Source: Bacteroidales bacterium (GTDB lineage: Bacteria > Bacteroidota > Bacteroidia > Bacteroidales > UBA1402). From it: 64,000 bases of DNA. The notes below the pieces were generated by a model. That model worked only from the letters and a program-made list of their open reading frames with translations, was not told the origin of the DNA and did not search any database. The position numbers were made by a program, and so were the translations under genes. Numbering within the stretch: position 1 is the first letter of the stretch; each line of letters begins with the position of its first letter. The stretch spans positions 198,979 through 262,978 of the forward strand of contig DASTGN010000003.1 of the NCBI GenBank assembly GCA_035719105.1. Reading direction: 5' to 3'. Below are positions 31,715 to 40,569 of the stretch, in pieces.

Positions 31715-31832
31715 ACAGTATCGATTTTGGGTAAGGTTGAAAACAAAAATACAAAAAAAATCCTTAGCACTTCAGGAGGTAAATTCAAAAAATTTTAAGT
31801 TTCTTTGCATTAGTAAAAACACACCGAAACTA

Positions 31833-33194
31833 ATGGATACGAAGAAATTCCTTCTCAGCGAAAAAGAGATTCCCACGCAATGGTACAACATATGTGCCGA
31901 CATGAAAAACAAACCGGCCTTGCCTTTGCATCCCGGAACCCGTCAACCGCTGACAGTCGCTGATTTATCCCCCATTTTTGCAGAAGAACTCTGCAAACAG
32001 GAATTGAACCTGACGGACACCTACATCGATATTCCAGAAGAAGTTCGCAATGTGTACATGAACTACCGGCCCACCCCGCTGGTTCGCGCTTATGGCTTGG
32101 AAAAAGCTTTGGACACACCGGCACACATCTATTTCAAGAACGAAAGTGTCAGCCCGGTTGGCTCGCACAAATTGAATTCAGCCATTCCTCAGGCCTATTA
32201 TAATAAAAAACAAGGTATTACCAACCTGACGACCGAAACTGGCGCCGGCCAATGGGGAGCAGCCCTCTCCTACGCCTGTCAGTTTTTTGGGCTCGAGCTT
32301 GCCGTCTACATGGTTAAAATCAGCTATGAACAAAAACCGTATCGCCGCTCCATCATGCAAAGCTACGGTGCTACCGTCATCGCTTCTCCGTCCATGTCAA
32401 CCCGCGCCGGCAAAGATATCATCACCAAACATCCCAATTATCAGGGAAGTTTAGGAACAGCCATTTCAGAAGCCATTGAACTGGCCACCACGACCCCCAA
32501 TTGCCGTTATGCTTTGGGTAGCGTGCTCAACCACGTCTCCTTGCACCAAACCATTATCGGGCAAGAAGCCAAAAAGCAAATGGAAATGGCCGGCGAATAT
32601 CCTGATATCGTGATTGGTTGCTTTGGCGGCGGATCCAACTTCAGCGGACTTTCCTTTCCTTTCATACAGGAAACCTTGACCAAAGGAACCAAAACTCGTT
32701 ATATCGCTGCTGAACCAGCTTCTTGTCCCAAATTGACCCGTGGCAAATTGCTTTACGATTTCGGTGACGAAGCCGGTTACACTCCACTTCTTCGCATGTA
32801 CACATTAGGCCACAACTTCGCACCAGCTCACATTCACGCAGGCGGACTTCGCTACCACGGAGCCGGCACCATCGTTAGTCAGCTAATGGATGATAAAATC
32901 ATGGAAGCAGTAGACATCAAACAGTTGGACAGTTTTGCAGCCGCCATGACCTTTGCCAAATCCGAAGGAATCATACCAGCTCCCGAATCTGCTCATGCTA
33001 TCGCCGCCACCATCAATGAAGCACTCAAATGCAAAGAAGAAGGTGTTGGCAAAACCATCCTGTTCAATCTATCTGGTCATGGGCTCATCGACATGACTGC
33101 TTACGACAATTATTTATCCGACGACCTGAAAAACTTCGAACTTTCTCAGGAAGAAATTGATCGGAATTTGGAAGCCGTCATCAACATGCAATAA
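31833..33194 (+). CDS. TrpB2-type tryptophan synthase beta-like PLP enzyme
   Basis: The start MDTKKFLLSEKEIPTQWYN (ATG at 31833) is typical of TrpB2. The PLP lysine motif is GSHKLNSA, with GGGSNFSG also present. No trpA is nearby. Confidence 0.85.
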   Translation: MDTKKFLLSEKEIPTQWYNICADMKNKPALPLHPGTRQPLTVADLSPIFAEELCKQELNLTDTYIDIPEEVRNVYMNYRPTPLVRAYGLEKALDTPAHIYFKNESVSPVGSHKLNSAIPQAYYNKKQGITNLTTETGAGQWGAALSYACQFFGLELAVYMVKISYEQKPYRRSIMQSYGATVIASPSMSTRAGKDIITKHPNYQGSLGTAISEAIELATTTPNCRYALGSVLNHVSLHQTIIGQEAKKQMEMAGEYPDIVIGCFGGGSNFSGLSFPFIQETLTKGTKTRYIAAEPASCPKLTRGKLLYDFGDEAGYTPLLRMYTLGHNFAPAHIHAGGLRYHGAGTIVSQLMDDKIMEAVDIKQLDSFAAAMTFAKSEGIIPAPESAHAIAATINEALKCKEEGVGKTILFNLSGHGLIDMTAYDNYLSDDLKNFELSQEEIDRNLEAVINMQ

Positions 33195-33197
33195 AAC

Positions 33198-34268
33198 ATG
33201 AAGATCCTCGTCCAACACATCGAAAACCTGCTGCCCGAGCACGACTGCGTAGTCGTTCCCGGGTTAGGCGGCTTCGTTCAGAACGAGGTTCAGGCACGCA
33301 TTCAGCCGGGAGCCAGATTATTTTACCCCGCTTCCAAAGAAATCGGGTTCAACCATCGCCTCAAATTCAACGATGGCTTGTTGGCACAATCTTATCAGGA
33401 AACCAATGGTTTAAGTTTTGAAGAAGCCAATACTGAGATTCAAAAGGCGGTTCATGAAATTCATGAGAAACTGAATGCAGGCAAATTTATCCGCTTGGGG
33501 CGCATAGGAACGTTATTCCTGGTAGAACAGCAACCCGTTTTTCGACCAGACCATCACAACCATTTTTATCCGGAAGCATACGGACTTACTCCATTTACAT
33601 TCCCATTGCTTAAAAAGGACGCACCCATGCAGGAAGCTTCAACCCCGGTTGCAGAAACTCCAAAAGAATCGTCAGAATTGAAGAAAACGATTGTTCGACA
33701 AAAGAAAACGGAATCAAGATCGTCCAAGGATGAATTCATTCACCTTCGTTTAAGCCGCAGCAGAGCCCGTCAATTGACCGCAAGCGTTGCTGTTCTCTTG
33801 TTTTTCGTCTTCTTATCCAAACCTGCCGGAAATTTTTCCGAGAGTCAAGAAGCCGGCATGATGCACAATTACCTTTCTGCCGTTGTTCAAAACAATTCCG
33901 ATATCACTCCGACGGTTGTTAAGCCAGTATTACCCACCGAAACTCGTGAGGCGGTTCCAATTCCCAGTGTACAAAAAGATTCAACGATTCAAGCTTCTAT
34001 TGCCTCCATCGATGCACCAGCCTCACTCAAAGGCTTTTACATCATCGTGAGCACCTTTGTTCAAAAAGAGACTGCTCAACGTTGGCTCAAAGAACACGAA
34101 AGGGAACCGATTTTGAAGGATGCCCGCATTTTAGTTTCCGACGGACGCGCCAGAGTCTTTGTGAAGCACTGTTTGAACTCAACCGAAGCTTCCACTTACC
34201 TTAATAAGTTTACCGCGAGTCATTCTGAATATGCTTCCGCATGGGTTTATTCTGCTAAAAATGACTGA
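33198..34268 (+). CDS. HU-CCDC81-like + SPOR domain protein
   Basis: The N-terminus LLPEHDCVVVPGLGGFV is the HU-CCDC81-type repeat. A central TM segment follows, and the C-terminal SPOR-like domain reads GFYIIVSTFVQKETAQRWL. Confidence 0.65.
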   Translation: MKILVQHIENLLPEHDCVVVPGLGGFVQNEVQARIQPGARLFYPASKEIGFNHRLKFNDGLLAQSYQETNGLSFEEANTEIQKAVHEIHEKLNAGKFIRLGRIGTLFLVEQQPVFRPDHHNHFYPEAYGLTPFTFPLLKKDAPMQEASTPVAETPKESSELKKTIVRQKKTESRSSKDEFIHLRLSRSRARQLTASVAVLLFFVFLSKPAGNFSESQEAGMMHNYLSAVVQNNSDITPTVVKPVLPTETREAVPIPSVQKDSTIQASIASIDAPASLKGFYIIVSTFVQKETAQRWLKEHEREPILKDARILVSDGRARVFVKHCLNSTEASTYLNKFTASHSEYASAWVYSAKND

Positions 34269-34309
34269 AAAAAGTCGGTCAACACTCAAAATCTTCCAAA
34301 TATTCTTTT

Positions 34310-34317
34310 TACCTTTG
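34310..34317 (+). promoter_or_regulatory. Bacteroidota -7 promoter box upstream of rpsP
   Basis: TACCTTTG lies 44 nt before the rpsP ATG. Confidence 0.45.
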
Positions 34318-34360
34318 TGCCCGCTTAATGCAAGTACATTTATAAATTCAATTCAAACAA

Positions 34361-34948
34361 ATGGCAACTAAAATCAGATTGCAAAGACACGGCCGCAAAG
34401 GGTATGCATTTTACCACGTTGTAGTCGCAGACAGCAGGGCACCACGAGATGGTAAATTTATTGAGAGATTAGGTTCGTACAACCCGAACACAAATCCTGC
34501 TACAATAGATTTGAATTTCGAACGCGCCTTGTATTGGGTATCAACCGGTGCACAACCCACCGACACCGCTCGTACAGTACTTTCCACCGAAGGCGTACTG
34601 ATGATGAAACACCTCTTGGAAGGTGTCAAAAGAGGCGCTTTCAACGCCGAAGAAGCTGAAGTAAAATTCAATGCATGGAAACAAAGCAAAGATGCTTCTA
34701 TCAACGCCGCCAAGGTTTCCCTTAAAGATGCCGCCCGCGCCGATGCTAAAGCTCGTTTAGAAGCTGAGGTAGCTGTCAACAAAGCTAAAGCCGAAGAAGT
34801 AGCCGCTAAACAAGCTGCTCTCCGCGCCGAAGAAGCTGCTGCCAATGCTCCCGTTGAAGAAGCACCCGTCGCTGAAGCTCCTGCAGCTGAAGAAGCCGAA
34901 GAAGTAGCTGAGGAAAAAGTTCCTCACGTTGCTCCAGACGCTGAATAA
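34361..34948 (+). CDS. rpsP: 30S ribosomal protein S16 with an Ala/Glu-rich C-terminal extension
   Basis: The core [35 protein letters not shown] is followed by an A/E/K-rich tail of about 100 aa, as in other Bacteroidota S16 proteins. Confidence 0.92.
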   Translation: MATKIRLQRHGRKGYAFYHVVVADSRAPRDGKFIERLGSYNPNTNPATIDLNFERALYWVSTGAQPTDTARTVLSTEGVLMMKHLLEGVKRGAFNAEEAEVKFNAWKQSKDASINAAKVSLKDAARADAKARLEAEVAVNKAKAEEVAAKQAALRAEEAAANAPVEEAPVAEAPAAEEAEEVAEEKVPHVAPDAE

Positions 34949-34983
34949 TATTTAAGGAGTCCTTTTTCTACGGACTCCACTTT

Positions 34984-35068
34984 GGAGAGATGGCAGAGTG
35001 GTCGATTGCGGCGGTCTTGAAAACCGTTGAACAGCAATGTTCCTGGGGTTCGAATCCCTATCTCTCCG
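34984..35068 (+). tRNA. tRNA-Ser (anticodon UGA)
   Basis: The acceptor stem pairs GGAGAGA with TCTCTCC. The anticodon loop CTTGAAA (TGA) sits on the stem GCGGT/ACCGT. A long variable arm (TGAACAGCAATGTTCC) and the T-loop GGTTCGAATCC are present. Length is 85 nt with discriminator G. Confidence 0.9.
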
Positions 35069-35094
35069 CAAATACAAAAACAAAAAACAGTAAA

Positions 35095-35133
35095 AGCCCG
35101 TAAAATCAATGATTTACGGGCTTTTATTTTTTT
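35095..35133 (+). terminator. rho-independent terminator after tRNA-Ser
   Basis: AGCCCGTAAA-atcaatga-TTTACGGGCT is followed by TTTATTTTTTT. Confidence 0.8.
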
Positions 35134-35604
35134 AGATACAACCAAAATATTGAAAAAATATCAGACTTTAAGAGACCCTTTCGGGTACCTGAATATACAT
35201 CAAACTCACTTGAAATCAAATTATTCCTTTTTCCAGAATCATGCTGCTGCATGATAAACATTTTCAGGTATGTCCAGATTTACGCATCCGTACTTACGCT
35301 CCGCCAGAAGCGTTCCACGAAAATGTTGTCCAGCGCTCATCCTTTAGTACCAATAAATATAATTTAATATATTGATTATCAGCAATATAAATTAGCAGCT
35401 TCAAATTTTTTTAGAAAATTAATGTGCTGAATTTAAGCGCTTTAAACATGTTCGAAACAACTAACAAGAACAAAGTTACCCTAAAATCTTTTCAAAAATG
35501 GGCAACATACCGCACTATTCGTCCCATTTGGCAGTTAAGCCAACAAAAAATATCAAAAAAGTGCATTTTATAGCTCTTTTCGTTGCATATAATAAATTTA
35601 ATTG

Positions 35605-35612
35605 TATATTTG
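35605..35612 (+). promoter_or_regulatory. Bacteroidota -7 promoter box upstream of the hipB-like gene
   Basis: TATATTTG ends 8 nt before the ATG at 35620, which would give a near-leaderless transcript. Confidence 0.4.
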
Positions 35613-35619
35613 CAGATAA

Positions 35620-35850
35620 ATGAGCCGTATAATGCACTATTCAGAGTTAATAAAAACAATAAAAGACCGCCGGGAAGCCTTACAGGTAACACAGGAAACC
35701 GTGGCGGAACTATCGGGTGTTGGGTTACGCACACTCAAACAGTTCGAAAGTGGAAAAGGAAACCCGACACTACTTACTTTACAAAAGATAGCCGATGTGT
35801 TGGGATTAGAACTAACACTCACCGTCAAAAATTTATCTGGAAATAGATGA
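35620..35850 (+). CDS. hipB: XRE-family HTH protein, HipB-like component of a tripartite TA module
   Basis: 76 aa. The HTH_3 pattern is QVTQETVAELSGVGLRTLKQFESGKGNPTLLTLQKIADVLG. The stop overlaps the next start by 4 nt. Confidence 0.8.
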   Translation: MSRIMHYSELIKTIKDRREALQVTQETVAELSGVGLRTLKQFESGKGNPTLLTLQKIADVLGLELTLTVKNLSGNR

Positions 35851-36191
35851 GACAGGTAAAAGTATTATTCAAAGACCAGGAAGCAGGAGTATTAACCCAG
35901 CACAACGATGGATCATTTACATTCAGCTACAATGATGCATGGTTAGCCGACAACAACAAACCAGCAATCAGTCTCACGTTGCCTAAAAGTGAACAATCCT
36001 TTCATTCACCATTTCTATTCCCGTTTTTTTTCAACATGCTACCAGAAGGTTCAAACAAACAAGTCGTCTGCAAATTAAACAGGATTGATACAAAAGATTA
36101 TTTTGGCTTACTGATGACTACCGCAAAAACGGATAGTATCGGTGCAGTAACCCTCATGGAAATCATTGGTAATAACACCGCAGAACAATGA
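35847..36191 (+). CDS. hipS: HipA N-terminal subdomain-only protein (HipS-like)
   Basis: 114 aa. The segment VLFKDQEAGVLTQHNDGSFTFSYNDAWL...LPKSEQSF...FFFNMLPEG matches the N-terminal 'couple_hipA' region of HipA kinases. It is translationally coupled (ATGA) on both sides. Confidence 0.75.
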   Translation: MRQVKVLFKDQEAGVLTQHNDGSFTFSYNDAWLADNNKPAISLTLPKSEQSFHSPFLFPFFFNMLPEGSNKQVVCKLNRIDTKDYFGLLMTTAKTDSIGAVTLMEIIGNNTAEQ

Positions 36192-37195
36192 AAAAAAGAT
36201 TAGAAAATAATATTCAACATCCAATTACTCATTGTCCCGGCACCTTAGCTGAAGGTTTTAATGCTTATAGTAGAACATGTCTGAAACGAGTTTTTCAAGG
36301 CAAGGCGGTGCATTGCATATTGCCATACGACTCGCCTGCTTCCAATTCAGAAACAGACAACCTTTTCGATCAAAACAGAAAACGCATGTCTATCTCCGGT
36401 GTCCAGGAAAAATTCTCGGTACTGCTCGAAAAAAATAAATTGAGGCTAATCGAAGAGGGCGAACGTGGCACATATATTCTGAAACCAATTCCTGGAGTAG
36501 GTAAAAATCCCAATCAGATGCCAGCCAACGAACACCTAACGATGCAAATTGCTCGTCAGGTATATAACATTGAAACAGCCGAAAATGCATTGATTTTCTT
36601 CAAAAACGGAGCTCCGGCTTACATTACCAAACGCTTTGATGTAAAAAACGACGGTTCAAAACTGGCGCAGGAAGATTTTGCGTCACTAGCTGGCCGGACA
36701 CCGCAGACACATGGAGAACATTACAAGTATTTGGGAAATTATTTTGAGTTGTTTGAATTGATGCAGAAGCATTTGCCAACCTATAAATTGGAAGTACCCA
36801 AACTATTGAAACTGCTGATTTTCAATTATCTGTTTTCTAATGGCGATGCACACTTCAAAAACTTTTCGATACTGGAGACCCCAATGGGCGACTACAGATT
36901 AAGTCCGGCCTACGACCTGATAAACAGTCGTATTCACATTGAGGATAGAGATTTTGCACTGGATGATGGACTATTACCCAGAAACAAAACACAGGGCAAG
37001 GTTAGTCATCAATTTGCAATACTTGCTGAAAATGCAGGAATCAGTGAAACCATATTCAATGGAATCATGAAACTCTTGCTCTCAAAATCAGCAGAAGTTG
37101 AGAAACTGATAAATGCATCCTTCCTCAACGAAAGTATTAAACGGAATTATTGGCAAGCTTATCAAACCCGACTAAAGAAACTTTCAGAAGAATAA
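36188..37195 (+). CDS. hipT: HipA-family Ser/Thr kinase lacking the N-terminal subdomain (HipT-like toxin)
   Basis: 335 aa. The Gly-rich loop is RMSISGVQEKFSV (S-I-S), the catalytic region is SNGDAHFKNFS, and YDLINS is also present. Confidence 0.8.
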   Translation: MKKRLENNIQHPITHCPGTLAEGFNAYSRTCLKRVFQGKAVHCILPYDSPASNSETDNLFDQNRKRMSISGVQEKFSVLLEKNKLRLIEEGERGTYILKPIPGVGKNPNQMPANEHLTMQIARQVYNIETAENALIFFKNGAPAYITKRFDVKNDGSKLAQEDFASLAGRTPQTHGEHYKYLGNYFELFELMQKHLPTYKLEVPKLLKLLIFNYLFSNGDAHFKNFSILETPMGDYRLSPAYDLINSRIHIEDRDFALDDGLLPRNKTQGKVSHQFAILAENAGISETIFNGIMKLLLSKSAEVEKLINASFLNESIKRNYWQAYQTRLKKLSEE

Positions 37196-37197
37196 TC

Positions 37198-37217
37198 CCC
37201 AAACAGTTTGGGTTTTT
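37198..37217 (+). terminator. short stem-loop plus T-run after the hipT-like gene
   Basis: CCCAAA-cag-TTTGGG is followed by TTTTT. The stem is short, so this is a weak call. Confidence 0.45.
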
Positions 37218-37477
37218 ATGTATTTGCATGCCCGACAGAAACGCTAAGCAAAACCGTTGACGTCAAAAGATAGCATACAACCCAAGTTACGTCGAACCTC
37301 TCGAATTGGTTCAATTGGTGACCTTTCTACTTATAAAACCATCACTTGACCCATAACCCGAACGAGGGATTTCAAAATATTTACTTCATTTCTAAAGTAG
37401 TTTATTTCATGACCATGATAAATGATTTTAATGAAAAAATCATTCGTAAATTCGTCAAATAATAAAACCCCTCTTTC

Positions 37478-38737
37478 ATGAAAACGATAGCCTACAATCC
37501 ACTCACCATACCAACCTATGTAATGGCAAAACCAATTGGTTCCAGTTGCAACCTGAACTGCGCCTATTGCTATTATCTTGAAAAGGCGAAATTATACGAA
37601 AATCGTAAGAACTTTATCATGAGCGACGATACGCTCGAAAAATACATTGAAAGTTATATTCAAGCTCAGCCAGTACCCGATGTCTTGTTTTCCTGGCACG
37701 GAGGAGAGACCTTGTTGCGGGATCTTTCCTTTTATCGAAAGGTGCTTGCCCTTCAAAAAAAATACGGCCGCGGACGAAGAATAGATAACTCACTGCAAAC
37801 CAATGGCGTATTATTGAATGACGATTGGTGTAGGTTCTTTAAGGACGCTAATTTTCTGATTGGAATATCCTTAGATGGACCGGAACATTGCCACGATAAA
37901 TATCGAAAAAACAAAGGAGGAGACGGCACATTCCGACAAGTGATGCGAGGCGTCGAATTGCTACAAAAGCATCAGGTAGACTTTAATACGCTCTCCGTAA
38001 TCAATAATTACAATGTCGATTTTCCGCTCGAAACGTATCATTTCTTTAAAGAAATTGGAAGTCAATACATGCAGTTCTCACCCATTGTAGAGCGATTGTC
38101 GAATGTACGACCCGATGGTTTGAACCTACTGCCACCCGACTTTAATGCCAATATAGAATCCAATGCCGGAACCGATTCCAATACAGAAACCGTTTTAGCT
38201 CCCTGGACAGTGGACGCCAAGAAATTCGGTCAATTTTATATATCCATTTTTGACGAATGGGTTCGAAAGGATGTCGGAAGGTATTTTATCCAGCTATTCG
38301 ATGCGACGTTGGCCGGAACGGTCGGAGAACAGCCAGGCGTTTGCATTTTTGGAGAAACCTGTGGACATGCCACCGCGATGGAGTTTAACGGAGATGTATA
38401 CGCCTGTGACCATTTTGTTTATCCCGAATATAAATTGGGAAACATCAAAACCCATACCATTTTTGAAATGGTCTTTTCTCAAAAGCAATTGCGATTTGGA
38501 GCAGATAAGCGTGACATGTTGCCGTCGCAATGTCTCCAATGTGAATACAAGAAACTTTGCAACGGCGAATGCCCTAAAAACCGAATAATCAATACTTCGA
38601 CCGGAGAACCCGGACTAAATTATCTATGCGAAGGTTACACCGCTTTTTGGAAACATACAAAACCTTATATGGAGTTCATGGCCAATGAATTGCGCTTTGA
38701 ACGTTCACCGGCAAACGTCATGAATTGGAACAAGTAA
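37478..38737 (+). CDS. anaerobic sulfatase-maturating enzyme-like radical SAM/SPASM protein
   Basis: The radical SAM motif is CNLNCAYCYY (CxxxCxxC). The SPASM Cys motifs include CLQCEYKKLCNGEC. The overall pattern (GGETLL, NGVLLND) matches anSME. Confidence 0.8.
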   Translation: MKTIAYNPLTIPTYVMAKPIGSSCNLNCAYCYYLEKAKLYENRKNFIMSDDTLEKYIESYIQAQPVPDVLFSWHGGETLLRDLSFYRKVLALQKKYGRGRRIDNSLQTNGVLLNDDWCRFFKDANFLIGISLDGPEHCHDKYRKNKGGDGTFRQVMRGVELLQKHQVDFNTLSVINNYNVDFPLETYHFFKEIGSQYMQFSPIVERLSNVRPDGLNLLPPDFNANIESNAGTDSNTETVLAPWTVDAKKFGQFYISIFDEWVRKDVGRYFIQLFDATLAGTVGEQPGVCIFGETCGHATAMEFNGDVYACDHFVYPEYKLGNIKTHTIFEMVFSQKQLRFGADKRDMLPSQCLQCEYKKLCNGECPKNRIINTSTGEPGLNYLCEGYTAFWKHTKPYMEFMANELRFERSPANVMNWNK

Positions 38738-38762
38738 TTACGCCGCCAAGCGACGTAATTAC
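38734..38762. terminator. stem-loop between convergent genes
   Basis: GTAATTACG-11 nt-CGTAATTAC (9-bp perfect stem) overlaps the anSME stop codon. Confidence 0.5.
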
Positions 38763-38771
38763 CTAAAAACC

Positions 38772-39197
38772 TTACTGAAAACTGATGGTCCAACGAATAC
38801 CAAAACGGTCGGTCAACATACCGTGGTACGCGCCCCAGAACATCATGGCCATCGGCATCTCTGCCTTGCCTCCCTCAGCCAAGCCATTAAAAAGAGCATC
38901 CGCTTCCTCCTTGGACGAAGCATCCAGTGAAATGGCAAAATTATCTCCAGCGGTAGTTCCGCGGCCCATTTCGGGTAAACTATCGCTGCCAAAAAGCATC
39001 GCATTGCCACCTATCGGCAATTCCACATGTAAAACTTTATTCTTTAAGGAATCCGGAACAGGCGGAAAACCCTCCATGGGAGGCATATCCTTGAAATACT
39101 GCATCATACGGAATTCCGTCTTGAAAACTTTCTTATAAAAATTGAACGCTTCTTCAGTAAATCCGTTGAAGTTCAGCGAGATAACCATATTCTTCAT
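38772..39197 (-). CDS. VOC-family (glyoxalase/PhnB-like) protein
   Basis: 141 aa. The sequences LNFNGFTEEAFNFYKKVF, GDNFAISL and FWGAYHGMLTDRFGIRW match the PhnB/YjdN-type VOC pattern. Confidence 0.7.
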   Translation of the reverse strand: MKNMVISLNFNGFTEEAFNFYKKVFKTEFRMMQYFKDMPPMEGFPPVPDSLKNKVLHVELPIGGNAMLFGSDSLPEMGRGTTAGDNFAISLDASSKEEADALFNGLAEGGKAEMPMAMMFWGAYHGMLTDRFGIRWTISFQ

Positions 39198-39257
39198 CTT
39201 GATGTCTATTTAAATTAGGTAGCAAATATACGCATCGACCATTCAAAATTCCAACAA

Positions 39258-40532
39258 TCAGTTCATCAATTTTTTCGAACAGTCGATAGCCGCAATCGTA
39301 CCGTCCGAAACCGCTGTCGTGATCTGCCTGTATTTCTTGCTCACCACGTCTCCGGCAGCATAAACGTCCGGTAAGGTCGTCTGACGATCCTCGTCCACCA
39401 AAATATACCCCCACTTGTCCAAAGATGGGAGAACCGATCCGAGCATCGAAACGTTGGCCTTAAATCCAATGAACACAAACACTCCGTCCGAAACCAATTT
39501 CGTGAACTCATGCGTCAACACATTTTCTATCGTCGCAACCATCTGACCTTCCAATTTTTCAAAAAGCCTTGGTTCCGAATCGTAAATGACTGAAATCTTG
39601 GGATCGGCCAACAACGCATCCACCGCCGTCTGGTTGGCTGTCAGCTTGTCAAACTGATGCACCATCGTAATCTTTGAAGCAAATTTGGAAATGAACAACG
39701 CTTCTTCCACAGCGGAGTTCCCACCGCCAATCACCACCACTTCCTTGCCTTCAAAATATTTGGCATCGCAGGTGGCGCAATATGAGATGCCCTTGCCCTT
39801 GAATTCCGATTCCCCAGGCGCGTTCATCGTGTTGGGTGTTGTTCCCGTGGCTAATATGATTTTTTTGAAACGAATCGTCTCCAATTCGTCAATGACAATC
39901 TCTTTTTTAACCAAATCCACCGAAGTGACATCCACCGCCAGCTTCATGTCAATGCCCGAATGCTTGGCCTGTTCGCCCATGTTGTGCGCCAACAGGTATC
40001 CCGGTTGCGGCTCTTGAAAACCCGGATAATTTGAAACCTGATGCGTGATGGCCATATAACCGCCCGGCAACGCAGGATCAATCAAAACCGTCTTGATTTT
40101 GGCCTGACCCAGATAAATTCCAGCAGTCAGACCTGCAGGGCCACCACCCAAAATCACCACATCGTAATCCGACACCATTGGTTTGCGAGCAGCATGCACC
40201 TTCGAAACCTCTTCGGGCGAAAGCATCCCGTCCAATTTCTCCATCAACTGCGATTTGCGAATGGCACCACTGACGAACTCTGTAACCTGCTTGCCCTGAT
40301 CAAAAAACAAGACCGTCGGTGAGGAAGTCACCCCAAGCTGAGTTGCCAATTCTCGGTTCGCCTGACGGAAAATCTTCAAAAACTTCAGGTTCGAACCGTA
40401 CAGTTCAGCCATTTCTTCGAACTTCGGAGCCAACGCTTCACACGGAGGACACTCGGTCGAATAAAAATCCAAAACAACTTTTCCACCGTTCAAAACCTCT
40501 TTTTCAAAATCTTTTGATTCAATTTCTTTCAT
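39258..40532 (-). CDS. thioredoxin (CPPC) fused to a low-Mr thioredoxin-reductase-like flavoprotein (CATC)
   Basis: The N-terminal Trx fold of about 105 aa carries STECPPCEAL. It is followed by the FAD motif VILGGGPAGLTAG, the redox-active SYCATCDA and the second dinucleotide motif VIGGGNSAVEEA. The NADPH-specifying HRRxxxR is replaced by HQFDKLT. Confidence 0.85.
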   Translation of the reverse strand: MKEIESKDFEKEVLNGGKVVLDFYSTECPPCEALAPKFEEMAELYGSNLKFLKIFRQANRELATQLGVTSSPTVLFFDQGKQVTEFVSGAIRKSQLMEKLDGMLSPEEVSKVHAARKPMVSDYDVVILGGGPAGLTAGIYLGQAKIKTVLIDPALPGGYMAITHQVSNYPGFQEPQPGYLLAHNMGEQAKHSGIDMKLAVDVTSVDLVKKEIVIDELETIRFKKIILATGTTPNTMNAPGESEFKGKGISYCATCDAKYFEGKEVVVIGGGNSAVEEALFISKFASKITMVHQFDKLTANQTAVDALLADPKISVIYDSEPRLFEKLEGQMVATIENVLTHEFTKLVSDGVFVFIGFKANVSMLGSVLPSLDKWGYILVDEDRQTTLPDVYAAGDVVSKKYRQITTAVSDGTIAAIDCSKKLMN

Positions 40533-40569
40533 CTGATAATCAATATAATACGATACTATAATTAAACTT

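Noticed and set aside
3541-33194. N-terminally extended ORF-track coordinates for paaK (4947), bamD (3030), pfp (15246), accC (21367), panB (26685), dsbD-like (27674), trpB2-like (31704), the ArsM-like gene (42851) and the cupin (46486).
   Set aside because: In each case an internal ATG gives the canonical family N-terminus or a signal peptide and removes overlap with the neighbouring gene. The longer forms add non-homologous residues.
34956-34978. The hairpin GGAGTCC-tttttctac-GGACTCC between rpsP and tRNA-Ser, considered as a terminator.
   Set aside because: It lacks a convincing T-run (ACTTTGG follows). It may be a processing structure if rpsP and the tRNA are co-transcribed, so it is not listed as a feature.
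35240-35345. A short minus-strand reading frame (MSAGQHFRGTLLAERKYGCVNLDIPENVYHAAA) vaguely reminiscent of the C-terminus of IS3-type transposases. It was considered as a relic marking an integration event next to tRNA-Ser.
   Set aside because: The similarity is too weak to assert without a database search. No inverted repeats or longer transposase remnants are visible.
37409-37462. A 17-codon ORF (MTMINDFNEKIIRKFVK) and an 8-bp inverted repeat (ATGATTTT...AAAATCAT) just upstream of the anSME-like gene, considered as a possible second precursor peptide.
   Set aside because: It has no Cys or Ser target residues, is very A+T-rich and overlaps the palindrome. It is probably promoter or operator sequence rather than a gene.
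35069-37477. A direct repeat of the tRNA-Ser 3' end that would delimit a genomic island carrying hipBST.
   Set aside because: A scan by eye found only a very weak resemblance near 37361-37380 (GAAATCCCT on the opposite strand), and no integrase is present. The island boundary is therefore not claimed.
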